The position numbers were made by a program, and so were the translations under genes. Shown here one piece after another: positions 39,675 to 49,088 of a stretch of DNA of 64,000 nucleotides (positions are counted from its first letter, which is position 1; every line of letters begins with the position of its first letter). The notes beneath the pieces were generated by a model, which was not told the origin of the DNA, did not search any database, and saw only the letters and a program-made list of their open reading frames with translations. Origin of the DNA: Acidimicrobiia bacterium (GTDB taxonomy: Bacteria > Actinomycetota > Acidimicrobiia > Spongiisociales > ZC4RG35); contig CBDCGI010000005.1 in NCBI GenBank assembly GCA_965216725.1, positions 82,016 through 146,015 on the forward strand, given 5' to 3'.

Positions 39675-40766
39675 ATGCCCCCACCACGAATCGCAGACAA
39701 AGGAGAAATCAAAGACTTTGTAGTTATGCTCCCGGCGCCTCTACTGACGAACCTAGCGAACCGACTTGTGATTCAGTTTGGCGTCTCCCGGCCTACGGCA
39801 CACAAATATATCGGTGAGCTGATCAGCGACGGAGTGATACGTCGGACAGGCATGGGCTCATACGAGCTCGCGGAAGAGCACTATCACACGACCCGCCAGA
39901 TTGTGGGGCTGGAGGAGCATGTCGTGTGGACCGAGGTCGTTGCCCCTCTGATGGCCGGCCACACAAAGAACGTGCGCGATATCGTGAATTACGGATGCAA
40001 TGAAATGGTCAACAACGCCATAGACCATTCAGATTCAACAACCGTCGACATCGAAGTGAGGATGGCGCCGACCCATGTCGAACTCCATGTCGAAGACCAT
40101 GGGGTAGGAATCTTTCGGAAGATCGCCAACTCGCTTGGCCTTGAAGACGACCGTCATGCGGTGCTCGAGTTGGCCAAAGGAAAGGTAACGACCGATCCGA
40201 TAAACCATACGGGGGAAGGTATCTTCTTTTCATCGAGGGCTTTCGACAGATTCCACATCTACTCCGGCGGCGTATTGTTCAGCCATGAGTTCGGGGACGA
40301 CGAGGATTGGATAACCGGCGACGAGCAGCCACAGCGCGAGGTGAACGGAACTCTTGTAGCCATGATGATGCGTAACGATTCAGAAACAGATCTGCAGGAC
40401 GTCTTTGACGAGTACAGCAGCGGGGACGATGACTATGGCTTCGACAAAACTGTGGTCCCAGTGAAGCTGATGCAATACGGAGACGATCAGTTGGTATCTC
40501 GCTCACAGGCCAAAAGGCTGATGAATCGATTCGATCGATTCCAAACGGTGGTTCTTGATTTTGACGGGGTCCCTGCAGTCGGCCAGGCGTTTGCAGACGA
40601 AGTCTTTCGCGTTTTTCAACTGGAGCATCCCGAGATTGATCTCGTAGCCATACGTGCAAATGAGCAGGTCGCTCGCATGATGAATCGGGCGCTGAAAAGC
40701 GCGAGCAGCAATGGAGCCGAGAATGGAATACAGCTGCCGATCGACTACTCGGCCGAGTCTTCATAG
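39675..40766 (+). CDS. Single-chain wHTH + GHKL (RsbW/SpoIIAB-like) ATPase/kinase domain + C-terminal STAS/DUF4325-like domain protein
   Basis: The N-terminus has a winged-helix signature (NRLVIQFGVSRPTAHKYIGELISDGVIRR). The N-box NEMVNNAIDHS, G1 VEDHGVGI and G2 HTGEGIFF define the GHKL domain. The C-terminus VVLDFDGVPAVGQAFADEVFRV resembles anti-sigma-antagonist/STAS. GC is about 52% here against about 62% background. A terminator follows. Confidence 0.6.
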   Translation: MPPPRIADKGEIKDFVVMLPAPLLTNLANRLVIQFGVSRPTAHKYIGELISDGVIRRTGMGSYELAEEHYHTTRQIVGLEEHVVWTEVVAPLMAGHTKNVRDIVNYGCNEMVNNAIDHSDSTTVDIEVRMAPTHVELHVEDHGVGIFRKIANSLGLEDDRHAVLELAKGKVTTDPINHTGEGIFFSSRAFDRFHIYSGGVLFSHEFGDDEDWITGDEQPQREVNGTLVAMMMRNDSETDLQDVFDEYSSGDDDYGFDKTVVPVKLMQYGDDQLVSRSQAKRLMNRFDRFQTVVLDFDGVPAVGQAFADEVFRVFQLEHPEIDLVAIRANEQVARMMNRALKSASSNGAENGIQLPIDYSAESS

Positions 40767-40819
40767 GAGGCGGACGGGACAGATCCGGGACAGCCGAACA
40801 CCCGTTCTGATCACCAAAA

Positions 40820-40848
40820 GGCAAAAACCCCCTCTGACGAGGGGGTTT
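40820..40848 (+). terminator. Rho-independent terminator
   Basis: aaaaccccctctgacgagggggtttgttt. Confidence 0.7.
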
Positions 40849-40850
40849 GT

Positions 40851-40926
40851 TTGGCAGTCCCGACCAGATTTGAACTGGCGTTTCCGGCTTGAGAGGCCGG
40901 CGTCCTAGACCCCTAGACGACGGGAC
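40851..40926 (-). tRNA. tRNA-Glu (anticodon CUC); attL, target of the island
   Basis: rc = GGTCCCGTCGTCTAGGGGTCTAGGACGCCGGCCTCTCAAGCCGGAAACGCCAGTTCAAATCTGGTCGGGACTGCCA. The cloverleaf folds and the anticodon loop is CCTCTCAAG. Confidence 0.85.
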
Positions 40927-40956
40927 CATGTTGTCGGTCGACCATTATCGACCTCG

Positions 40957-41028
40957 CTCGGGGGGAAGGACTCGAACCCTCAATAACGGGACCAGAACCC
41001 GCCGTGTTACCGATTACACCACCCCCGA
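40957..41028 (-). tRNA. tRNA-Gln (anticodon CUG), CCA not encoded
   Basis: rc = TCGGGGGTGGTGTAATCGGTAACACGGCGGGTTCTGGTCCCGTTATTGAGGGTTCGAGTCCTTCCCCCGAG. It has a 7-bp acceptor stem with U1-A72, a 4-bp D stem, anticodon loop TTCTGGT and T-loop TTCGAGT. Confidence 0.7.
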
Positions 41029-41098
41029 ACGCGCATCAATGGCTAGATGCGGGGTGTTCCCTCCAGAATAATCGCCGGTGGGGCCAGTGCGAAAGTCT

Positions 41099-41508
41099 CT
41101 ACCCCGGCACCCGGACCGGAGTCGCGGTAGCCGTGGTCTTGATCTCGAGCGGCTCGGTTTGACTGACGAACACCCCGAGCAGACCCAGTTCCAATTCGCC
41201 CCGAACCTCAACGCTCACCTCAAACAGGTCGCTGCTCGTCACTGCCTGCCACCCAGAAACCGAAGCGTCCTGGCCGTCGATGGAAGCAGCGGCCAGGTCA
41301 CGAGCACGATTCGGAACCAGGATGACCTCGCCGGTGAGCCGATAGTGATCCTCGTCGATTCCAGCAGCCGCCGCCACCACCGCCGAATCGGCGACCGCTG
41401 CAAGCTCGCGCTGGAGATCGAGGGCCCTCCAGAGGTCGACGGCAAGGCCACCGAACAGCAGAAGCAGAGCCGAAAGGCCCAGCATCCAAAATGTGGCCGA
41501 CCCGCGAT
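41099..41508 (-). CDS. TadE/TadG-like pseudopilin (Flp pilus assembly)
   Basis: DRGSATFWMLGLSALLLLFGGLAVDLWRAL is the TadE/G N-terminal motif. The start is probably the GTG ~41508. The longer ORF to 41698 overlaps the upstream gene. Confidence 0.55.
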
Positions 41509-41514
41509 CCGAGT

Positions 41515-41940
41515 TCACGGGATGCTCCGATACAGGTCGATCGGCTCGGAGTGAGTGGCGTCGACCCACAAGCCCCCGATGCCGCCCCATGGTGTCGTAA
41601 ACAGCGGCGTGTACACGTTGACCTCGGCCACCACCTCTGCACCGCGCGCTAGGACACAGCTCCCAACTCCACCCCGTGCCGGGGCTTCTCCGCACCAACC
41701 CAACCTCACCTCAGACCCCTCGAACCCGAGGTTCGCTGCCATCTGGTCGACGACCGACTCCCCGCTATCCAAGTCGAGGCTGATCACGGCTGCCCGTGCG
41801 GCTTCGGCTGCCATGGCCTCCGAGGCCACACGCGCCTCCGACCAGGGGCCGAAGGAGAGCACAGCCAGGGCGACGGGGAACAACAGCAGTCCGGCGGCAA
41901 GTCCAAACTCAACCGCGGCGTGGCCCCGGTCGTCGATCAC
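41515..41940 (-). CDS. TadE-like pseudopilin
   Basis: DRGHAAVEFGLAAGLLLFPVALAVLSFG. Confidence 0.55.
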   Translation of the reverse strand: MIDDRGHAAVEFGLAAGLLLFPVALAVLSFGPWSEARVASEAMAAEAARAAVISLDLDSGESVVDQMAANLGFEGSEVRLGWCGEAPARGGVGSCVLARGAEVVAEVNVYTPLFTTPWGGIGGLWVDATHSEPIDLYRSIP

Positions 41941-42326
41941 GGCGGCTCCCGAACGGCGGTAGCCGTCATCTCGACAGCAACGTCGGGCGAAAGCGGCGTC
42001 CAGGACGGGAAGACCCCGGACGCCTGGGCTACAGCGGTGTCGCCGGCCAAGCGACAGGCGGCAGATATCCCGTCGCCCATCACCCCGCCCAACAGCTGAC
42101 CGAGCACCTGGTCGATTCGCGCCTCGCAGCCGTCGGCAGACCCGGTAACGGCGGCGACTCGGGCACCCTGGTCCAGAGCGGACCGAATTGCGCCCCGCCC
42201 GTATTGGACCACAACGAAGTTGGCCAAGGCCAAAAAGAGAATCAGGCCGAGGCCACTAGCTACGAGGAATTGAACCGAGCCAACGCCCCGTTCGCTCAGC
42301 CGCCGAGAAGACTCGCCCGGATCCAC
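41937..42326 (-). CDS. TadE-like pseudopilin
   Basis: ERGVGSVQFLVASGLGLILFLALANFVVVQYG. Confidence 0.55.
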   Translation of the reverse strand: MDPGESSRRLSERGVGSVQFLVASGLGLILFLALANFVVVQYGRGAIRSALDQGARVAAVTGSADGCEARIDQVLGQLLGGVMGDGISAACRLAGDTAVAQASGVFPSWTPLSPDVAVEMTATAVREPP

Positions 42327-42481
42327 CCGACGATGTCCACTCCGAGAGCCTGCAAGGCCCCCCAGATCACGACCAGAGCGGCGATCGCCAGGGCCGCGTT
42401 GCCCATTAGCTCTGCCGTGTTCAATCCGCGCTCATCCTCCCGGATGAGTGTGATGATTCGCTTCCATACCGGCATGGCCAC
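42296..42481 (-). CDS. flp: Flp/Fap family pilin
   Basis: The 61-aa product has a charged leader and a G/xxxxE processing motif (ERG-LNTAEL). Its hydrophobic core is AALAIAALVVIWGAL. Confidence 0.55.
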   Translation of the reverse strand: MAMPVWKRIITLIREDERGLNTAELMGNAALAIAALVVIWGALQALGVDIVGWIRASLLGG

Positions 42482-42490
42482 CTCCCTTTC

Positions 42491-43417
42491 TCAGTTCCAT
42501 CCGGTGATCAGGTACGGGAGTGGCGCGGCAACAAAGAGGATCAGCACCGGAGCCAGAATGGCGATTGTCGGGACGAGCATCGCCGCCCGGCGTTTCGTCG
42601 CTGATCTCTTGATCGACTCGCGTCGTGACTCCCGCACGTCCTCCGCCAGGTCGAGCAACGCCCCGGCGAGGTCGGCGCCCCGCTCCTCCGCCGACGCCAG
42701 CAGGCGATAGGTACGCCCGCAGTACGGCTCCGCTGTCAGCTCGGCGACGCGACGGAACGCCTCCCCCGCGCTCCAACCGGAGCGATGCAGTCGCAACGCA
42801 TCGCCGAGCTCAGACACCACCTCACCCCGACCACGATTCACAGTTGCGTTGACGGCCTGAACTATCCCGCCGCCGGCACGAACCCTCATCGCCAGCAGCT
42901 GATTGATGGTGTAGACCTCGATCCTCATCCGCTCGCGACGGTCAGCGATTGCCCGTTCCAAACGGCCCTTCTGTCGGGTGACCCCAACGACACCCCCCAT
43001 CGCCACGAGACCCGCCATGGACGTGGGCGGCATCTTCAACGCCACGCCGATTGCCAGTGTGCCGGCCATGGCGATCGACAACGCCCGCAACTGACCGACC
43101 CGATAGGCGGCCAGCATGTCGGCACCTTCCTGGCCTCGATACCAACCCGCCTGCCGCAGCTTTGTGACCGTCATCGGTTCGGCAGCGCGATCGAGGAGCC
43201 TGCCGAGCCAATGGGCGACCTCCTCGACCATTGGGCCAAACAGGCGGCCAACCGCAGTCGCCGGGCCACTGTGCCGGGCGGGTGACACGGAGGGCGAGAG
43301 GTACGGCCGGAGCCTGTGCTTCAGGGGACGCTGTGGCGAGACCAGCCAGCGGACCGTGAGCGCTGTTGCGATGGCTGTGGCGGTCCCTGCCGCCAGCGAC
43401 ATCTCGGAGATGGGCAT
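42491..43417 (-). CDS. tadC: Type II secretion system F-family protein TadC
   Basis: It is a polytopic membrane protein with a GspF/TadC layout. It follows tadB in the operon. Confidence 0.6.
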   Translation of the reverse strand: MPISEMSLAAGTATAIATALTVRWLVSPQRPLKHRLRPYLSPSVSPARHSGPATAVGRLFGPMVEEVAHWLGRLLDRAAEPMTVTKLRQAGWYRGQEGADMLAAYRVGQLRALSIAMAGTLAIGVALKMPPTSMAGLVAMGGVVGVTRQKGRLERAIADRRERMRIEVYTINQLLAMRVRAGGGIVQAVNATVNRGRGEVVSELGDALRLHRSGWSAGEAFRRVAELTAEPYCGRTYRLLASAEERGADLAGALLDLAEDVRESRRESIKRSATKRRAAMLVPTIAILAPVLILFVAAPLPYLITGWN

Positions 43418-44282
43418 CAGGATGCACCCCCACCCGGCAACAGAACGCGTGGCTCTTCAGGCTGTCGGCCGAGTCGGGACGCTATCACCAACCCGATCAG
43501 GCTCATGACGCCCCCGACGACGGCCACGAGGACGCCCGTGCGAGATGAGTAGAACTCACGAAAGGCGCCCGACTGAGCGGTCATGGCGACCAGCACGAGC
43601 CACGGGAGGACGAAGACGACCCTCGAGTTGATCTTCTGCTCCAACGCCTCGGTCCGGACCTGCTCGAGGGCCCAGATGTCTCTGGTCGTCGCCTCGGCGA
43701 GGTCGGTGAGGATTTCTGGCACCACCGAGCCACCACGCTCGTGGGCAACGATCATCACTTCGATCACGCGATCTGAAGTGGGATCTGCGAGATCGGAGCG
43801 AACCAACTCGAGCGCGGCGACAAATCCGAGCGAGCGTGAGTACACGGAGAAGCCGCCGAAAGCCTCACGCAGAGGCGCCGGTCCGAACGTGGCCAGACCC
43901 TCCACCGCGGTAGACAGCGACGCCCCCGACCGGACCGATGAAATCACGTCGCGAATGCCATCCGGCCAAGCCTCCTGGATTGCCGCCAGCCGCTGGGCAT
44001 GCCGCCTGCCGTAATAGGCCCGGGGCAAGGCGGCCACAACGACCGCTGGCATCAAGGCGATGATCGGGAGCTGGGTCAGGGAAGCAACGATGAAGTAGAC
44101 GACCAACCCCAGTCCCAACGAGACAGACCAGAATTGCAGCGCGGTAACCCCCAGGTCGTCCAGGCCAGACCAACTTCGGTCGCTGCGTGCGGGACGTTTT
44201 GCCCCCACTGACGCACGACGCCAAAAGAGCTTGACGATCAGGCCGGCGACCGCCGCGCTCATCAGGGAGGCAAGGAACGTCA
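43417..44282 (-). CDS. tadB: Type II secretion system F-family protein TadB
   Basis: It is a polytopic membrane protein with a GspF-like architecture. The start is probably MTFLASL at ~44282. Confidence 0.6.
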
Positions 44283-45542
44283 TTGCCGGCCTTCCATGAG
44301 CTCGGCGATCGATCCCCCGTTGGGTGTGACGCGTTCCAGGCGACGGGCAAGAGAACTCGGTGGTAGCGAGCCGGTCCATTCCAAAGGTGCGCCAAGTCTC
44401 TCTCGCACAAAAAGCGGCTCGGTGGAGAAATCGTCGTGGAGTGACGGAATCAGGGCGCGGACCTCAACCACCTGGCGAGTAATCGATCCATTGCTCTCCG
44501 CCTGCCGATCGAGATGGACGACGAGGTCTATCGACGACGCGAACACCTTGCGCACCACGCTCTCCGGGACGTTCTCGCCCGCCATCAGCGCGGCATTCAC
44601 AAGTGCGTGAAGCGCGTCGGGAGCAGAATTGGCGTGAATGGTGCAGGCCATCCCGCAGCCGGCGTTGACCGCCCTGGTCAACTCGAACGCCTCCGACCCT
44701 CTCACCTCGCCCACCACGATGAGATCAGGCCTCATCGCGAGAGTCACCTTCACCAAGTCGCGAAGGCTGATCTCGCCAGTCCCATCGAGCGACGGTGGGC
44801 GCGCCTCGTAGTAGGAGCCGTGGACGAGAGGAACGTGAAGCTCTCGAACCTCCTCGCAGGACCGCACACAATGACCTTCGGGGACGGCGGCGATCAGCGC
44901 CGAAAGGAAGGAAGTCTTGCCGGCGCCCGGCGGTCCGCTGATGAGGACCGATGCCGATGCCCTCATCGCCGCCTCCATCATCCGGCGCGCAGCCGCATCG
45001 ATCGACCCGAGCTCCTGTAATGAGCGCAGCGTCTCCCGTCGCAACGCGTAGCGACGGATCGTTGCGGACAGGCGGTCGGCGACAGGGGGAATGACGGCGC
45101 TCAGACGGGCAGTGCCCTCGAGAATTCGGGCCTGGACAATCGGCGACGATGCGTCGAGTCTTCTATCTGTCGAGGCGACCAGCCGCTCCACAACTCGACG
45201 GTTCTCGTCTTCCGTTGAAGGGACCTCGAGGCCACGCAAACCACCACCGGCTTCGAGGTAGGACACCCGATCACCCTCGATGAACACTTCCTCGACGTCT
45301 GTCCGCTCCAGCAAATCCCCGAGCACCCCGTGGCCCGAGACCGAGCGCACCAGCCGTTCCAGGGTCGTGCGTGGATCGGCCAGAGTCCGGCCGCTGCCGA
45401 CGCTGGCCTTTGCCTGATAATCCTCAACCGTCTGCCGCAGGACGGCCATGAGCCGTTCCTCATCGGAATCAGGGTCGACGCCAAGGCCGTCGATCCGCTC
45501 CAACGCGGTGCGGCGTATCTCGGCAAAAGCGTCGACGGTCAC
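44280..45542 (-). CDS. cpaF: CpaF/TadA secretion ATPase (VirB11/type II-IV family)
   Basis: Walker A is ISGPPGAGKTSFLSAL. There is an Asp box, a His box and a Walker B DLIVVGEVRG. Confidence 0.85.
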   Translation of the reverse strand: MTVDAFAEIRRTALERIDGLGVDPDSDEERLMAVLRQTVEDYQAKASVGSGRTLADPRTTLERLVRSVSGHGVLGDLLERTDVEEVFIEGDRVSYLEAGGGLRGLEVPSTEDENRRVVERLVASTDRRLDASSPIVQARILEGTARLSAVIPPVADRLSATIRRYALRRETLRSLQELGSIDAAARRMMEAAMRASASVLISGPPGAGKTSFLSALIAAVPEGHCVRSCEEVRELHVPLVHGSYYEARPPSLDGTGEISLRDLVKVTLAMRPDLIVVGEVRGSEAFELTRAVNAGCGMACTIHANSAPDALHALVNAALMAGENVPESVVRKVFASSIDLVVHLDRQAESNGSITRQVVEVRALIPSLHDDFSTEPLFVRERLGAPLEWTGSLPPSSLARRLERVTPNGGSIAELMEGRQ

Positions 45543-46614
45543 GTCGCCTCCGCCAATACGGCACGAGCCAGCGTCTTGATTGACTTCGAGAACCCGCCTC
45601 GTCTCGGAATTCGCCCATCCCAGGCCATCGAAGGGACCTTCGGATCCTCGGGCGCAAAAGCAACCCGAACATCGGGCAAGGCTCGTTCGAGCTCGTAACG
45701 TATCTCGTCCCGGGCTCGTCGTCCTCCCCGCACCCGGTTGACCAGCGCCAAGGCGCCATCGCCAGCCCTGAACCGTTCCAGACGGTCAATCAGGCGGCTC
45801 AGTCCGACCGGGCTTGCCTCGCCAACGACGACAGTTGCGCTGCTGTCGAGATCAACTGCTCCCGCACCGATGTCCACAACCACGAATTCGTGGCTTGTTG
45901 CGAGGTCGTCGACCATTCCCACCAACTCTTGGGAGGGAATGAGCCGACTGGGATCGGACCGAGCCAGGCCGCCAACAACCGAAACACCGTCAGTGACGTG
46001 AATGGCCTCCGCCAGCCGCTCGGGGTCATGGAATGCGAAGTCGACGGCCGTGTGGAGGTTTGGATAGAGAGGAAGGTCGAGGCGTTGTGCGACGCCGGGA
46101 AGGGCCTGGTCGAGATCAGCGAGAACCACGGAAGCCGCAGACGCAAGGTGAGCGGCAAGAACGATCGACACCTCAGTACAGCCGACACCGGAAGCACTGC
46201 CCGAGACCACGATGGTGTTGCCATATCGCCGGCGCTCTCCGTCCGCTTTCGGACTCGGAGTGCGATGGGCCAGCGTCCTGACTACGAGCTCGAGCACCTC
46301 CTCGGGAGAGGCATCCATCTCCACCACGTCAGAGATCCCACACTCGAGGAGCCTCCGCTTGGCGTCCGGGCCATCGTCCGGGCTGAACACGCCGAGCACT
46401 TCCCGGCCCTGCTCGCGCAGCTTTGCCACAAGTCGAGGAGTGAGAAACGAACAAACGTCGTCGATGAGGAGAGCCTGAAAACTCTCCTGCAGGGCCTGAT
46501 CCGAGCCCATGACCCGGGCAGTGACGACCCCACCTCCGTGGTCGAGGAGAAATCGATGCAGACGGTCGGGCCAGTCGCGCGCCGACGCCGCTATCGCAAT
46601 CTCAGGGCTGGGCA
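45539..46614 (-). CDS. cpaE: CpaE/TadZ-like (receiver-like N-domain + MinD/ParA-type ATPase)
   Basis: VVSGSASGVGCTEVSIVLAAHLA is a deviant Walker A. The start is MPSPEIAIA at ~46614. Confidence 0.65.
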
Positions 46615-47297
46615 TCGGATCGCTCCACGACGGGATCGGCACCGGTAGACCGCACGACGTCGATTGAGCCAGCGTCGACGGCCAAGGCCAGCGCCAGGGC
46701 CTGGTCGGGATCAACGGCGAGTGTCAAGAAGAACCCATTGGACGCGAGGCCGCCGGTGGATACATCGCCCACGTCCACAACCTCGATGGACGTGGCCACG
46801 TAGGTGGGCATTCCGTCGAGGACGGCGATGACGTCGACAGTGTCACCGGGCAGAATCGAACCACCTGCGGCGTGTTCGACGGCGACGGGAATGCTCATGA
46901 GACGTAGACCCGAAGCCGTGGCCGGAGGCGAAAGAGCGGTTGCCTGAATCAGGTCGCCTTCAGCGACGGGTACTCCCACGATCCAGCCGATGCTGGCTGC
47001 GACCTCGGATTCGGTGACCAAGCCGTCCAGGCCAACCAGACTCGCCGGCACAGACTCCAGCCGGATAGCCTCCTCACTGATTGCGGTGCCAATTGCAAGG
47101 TCGCTCCCGGCGACCGCCACTAGCACCATTGAGTCCCGACTCTGAAGCGCTAGATAGTTGAGTGCGAACGCGAGAGCGGCGGCGAGGACGATCAGAAGGT
47201 GCGCCAGTGACAACCGCCTTCGCCTGGATTTCGGCGAAGGTGCCGAGGTGCCCGCTTCCCTCGTGAGGACGGAGGGGTTGGCGCTCACGTACGACAA
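46602..47297 (-). CDS. cpaB: Flp pilus assembly protein CpaB/RcpC (SAF domain)
   Basis: It has an N-terminal TM anchor. The layout is typical CpaB. It is the first gene of the operon. Confidence 0.6.
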   Translation of the reverse strand: MSYVSANPSVLTREAGTSAPSPKSRRRRLSLAHLLIVLAAALAFALNYLALQSRDSMVLVAVAGSDLAIGTAISEEAIRLESVPASLVGLDGLVTESEVAASIGWIVGVPVAEGDLIQATALSPPATASGLRLMSIPVAVEHAAGGSILPGDTVDVIAVLDGMPTYVATSIEVVDVGDVSTGGLASNGFFLTLAVDPDQALALALAVDAGSIDVVRSTGADPVVERSDAQP

Positions 47298-47318
47298 CCT
47301 ATCGTTGGGTCAACGGCG

Positions 47319-47874
47319 CATGTCGAGAGCGCGAAATCGCATGAAACCAGAAGGCTCACCGGATCCGGATCTAGAGGCCGAGCTTCGTCAGCTGGCCGGT
47401 CGCGAGCTGACCGAGGAGGCAGCCGAAGACGAACGCCTGACCGAGAAGCTGCGTGATCGGAGGACCGGCCTACGGCAAAGGCTGCTCGAGTTCGGCGCCA
47501 GCAGCCGACTGGTGAGAGTGGAGCTCGAGTCACGGTCGTTCTCCGGAGCCGTCGGGTTCGTGGGCACCGACTTTGCCGAGCTGGAACGTGGCGATGATCG
47601 AGCTGCGGTTCGTTTCGAGGCCGGAATCTGGACAGCATCGAGCCGCCTCGAGAAGCCATCGACTCCGGTCAGCGCCAACGTCTCGATCAAAGGGCATCTG
47701 GCGGGAATCGAATCGGACGACGAAGAGGTCGACGTTTTGGATCGATCGGGAACCGAGTTGCGGGGTGTGCTCCTGACTGTGGCTGTGGACCACGTCGTTC
47801 TTCGAACCGGAGTCGCCGACCTGTTGGTGCCGCTCGCCGAGATTGCGGCCGTGATAAGGGCTAGAGGCTCTTGA
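47319..47874 (+). CDS. Hypothetical protein (about 185 aa)
   Basis: The ORF is divergent from the tad operon. No motif was recognised. Confidence 0.35.
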
Positions 47875-48079
47875 TGGGCTCATCGCTCTCCACCACCGCC
47901 GGGTGGGAGCGAACGAACTCAAAGATCTCTGTCTTGAAGAATTTGTAGGTGCGCCCCCCCGGGAGGCGGTAGGCGGGCAGCCGCCCCTCCCTGGCGTAGC
48001 GTCGCACCATCTGCACGTTCATGCCCAGCAGCTCTGCTACCTGGGCCGCGTCGAGGATTTCGGGATAGTCCTCAGTCAT
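47861..48079 (-). CDS. Excisionase/MerR-family HTH DNA-binding protein (72 aa)
   Basis: LDAAQVAELLGMNVQMVRRYAREGRLPAYRLPGGRTYKF is an HTH_17-type motif. Confidence 0.55.
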   Translation of the reverse strand: MTEDYPEILDAAQVAELLGMNVQMVRRYAREGRLPAYRLPGGRTYKFFKTEIFEFVRSHPAVVESDEPIKSL

Positions 48080-48211
48080 TGGTCGTCCTCATCGGTACTC
48101 GTCACGAGGTTACGTCATTTGCGGAGGGGTTGGGAAGGGGCCCGTTCTCGCTTCCATTGCTCGTTGGCGGCATGCTCTCATTTCGGATAGTCCGAAGATA
48201 GGGTTCCCGCG

Positions 48212-49045
48212 ATGACGGGAAAAGTGGTCGTTGTGGTCGCTGGTGTCGTGATTGTGGTTCTAGCGGGAATCGGCTTCCTGTTGTCCGATGAGGATCCGGA
48301 GCCATCGATTGCCGGCGATCGCCCCGTGCCGTTCCAAGATGACGACGACCAGCAGTCGCGGCGCTCAGAGGAACCGACGACGGCCACCGAATCGCAACCA
48401 CCCGACAGCGTCCCGACGGCGAGCGGGGAAGGCTCCGCGGGCCGCCAAACGACCCTCCCTCAGGAGCCACTGGAAATCGAACTGCACAATTTCGACCTGG
48501 TTGTTGCCTACGCCACCGTGCACGGGCTCGGTGACGGTGCAGCCTATGTATGGGGCGCTCCGGGCTTTGATTACGCCGCGTACGGGGCTTTCCTGCTATC
48601 CCAAGACGCATACCTGGATCAAATCCAGAGTGTCGATCAGGTCTCGTGCACGTTGCCCAGCACTGTCCTGGTGATTGACAAGTCGGGTATCCGACTTGCC
48701 CCGAATCCCGCCTTCGCTGCCAGATTCGCTGTCAGCCAGACCGAGTTCGTATCGATCGGCGACAACGGTGAGGGCGTCGTCACCGGGGGTTTCTCGCGGG
48801 GCGACGGGACCAGAGAAGGAAGCGAGCAGTGGCCAATCTTCCGCGACGGATCGCTCGATATGAACGCGGACATTGTGCACGACATCGAAGACGACCCATA
48901 CGCTGATCCGACGTTCTGGGATCCCAGATTCGACGGTGTTTTCGTCACTGCCACATGGAGCGGGGAGTCTGAAGACGACATGTCTGAAGAGAGCGCGGAG
49001 GGGACCGTCAAAGTTGTCTGCGTCTTCGCCGAACTTGACGGCTGA
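48212..49045 (+). CDS. Membrane-anchored hypothetical protein with an acidic extracytoplasmic domain
   Basis: It has an N-terminal TM segment (VVVVVAGVVIVVLAGIGFLL). The ORF is 277 aa. Confidence 0.5.
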   Translation: MTGKVVVVVAGVVIVVLAGIGFLLSDEDPEPSIAGDRPVPFQDDDDQQSRRSEEPTTATESQPPDSVPTASGEGSAGRQTTLPQEPLEIELHNFDLVVAYATVHGLGDGAAYVWGAPGFDYAAYGAFLLSQDAYLDQIQSVDQVSCTLPSTVLVIDKSGIRLAPNPAFAARFAVSQTEFVSIGDNGEGVVTGGFSRGDGTREGSEQWPIFRDGSLDMNADIVHDIEDDPYADPTFWDPRFDGVFVTATWSGESEDDMSEESAEGTVKVVCVFAELDG

Positions 49046-49088
49046 TCGTCTTCTTGAGGCTGGGTGCCAACTGGCCGATCAATAGGAC

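Larger units (their letters stand above)
33537..40926. mobile_element. Integrated genomic island (about 7.3 kb) at tRNA-Glu(CUC), bounded by 46-bp direct repeats. It is mosaic, with one intact integrase and the decayed remnant of a second related element.
   Basis: Direct repeats, a tyrosine integrase, phage-like regulatory genes and reduced GC in 38.0-40.8 kb support the call. Confidence 0.8.

Noticed and set aside
40957-41028. tRNA-Gln lacking encoded CCA, as possibly a pseudo-tRNA
   Set aside because: All stems pair canonically (one G-U) and the T-loop and U33 are intact. Genomic absence of CCA is common, so it is treated as functional.
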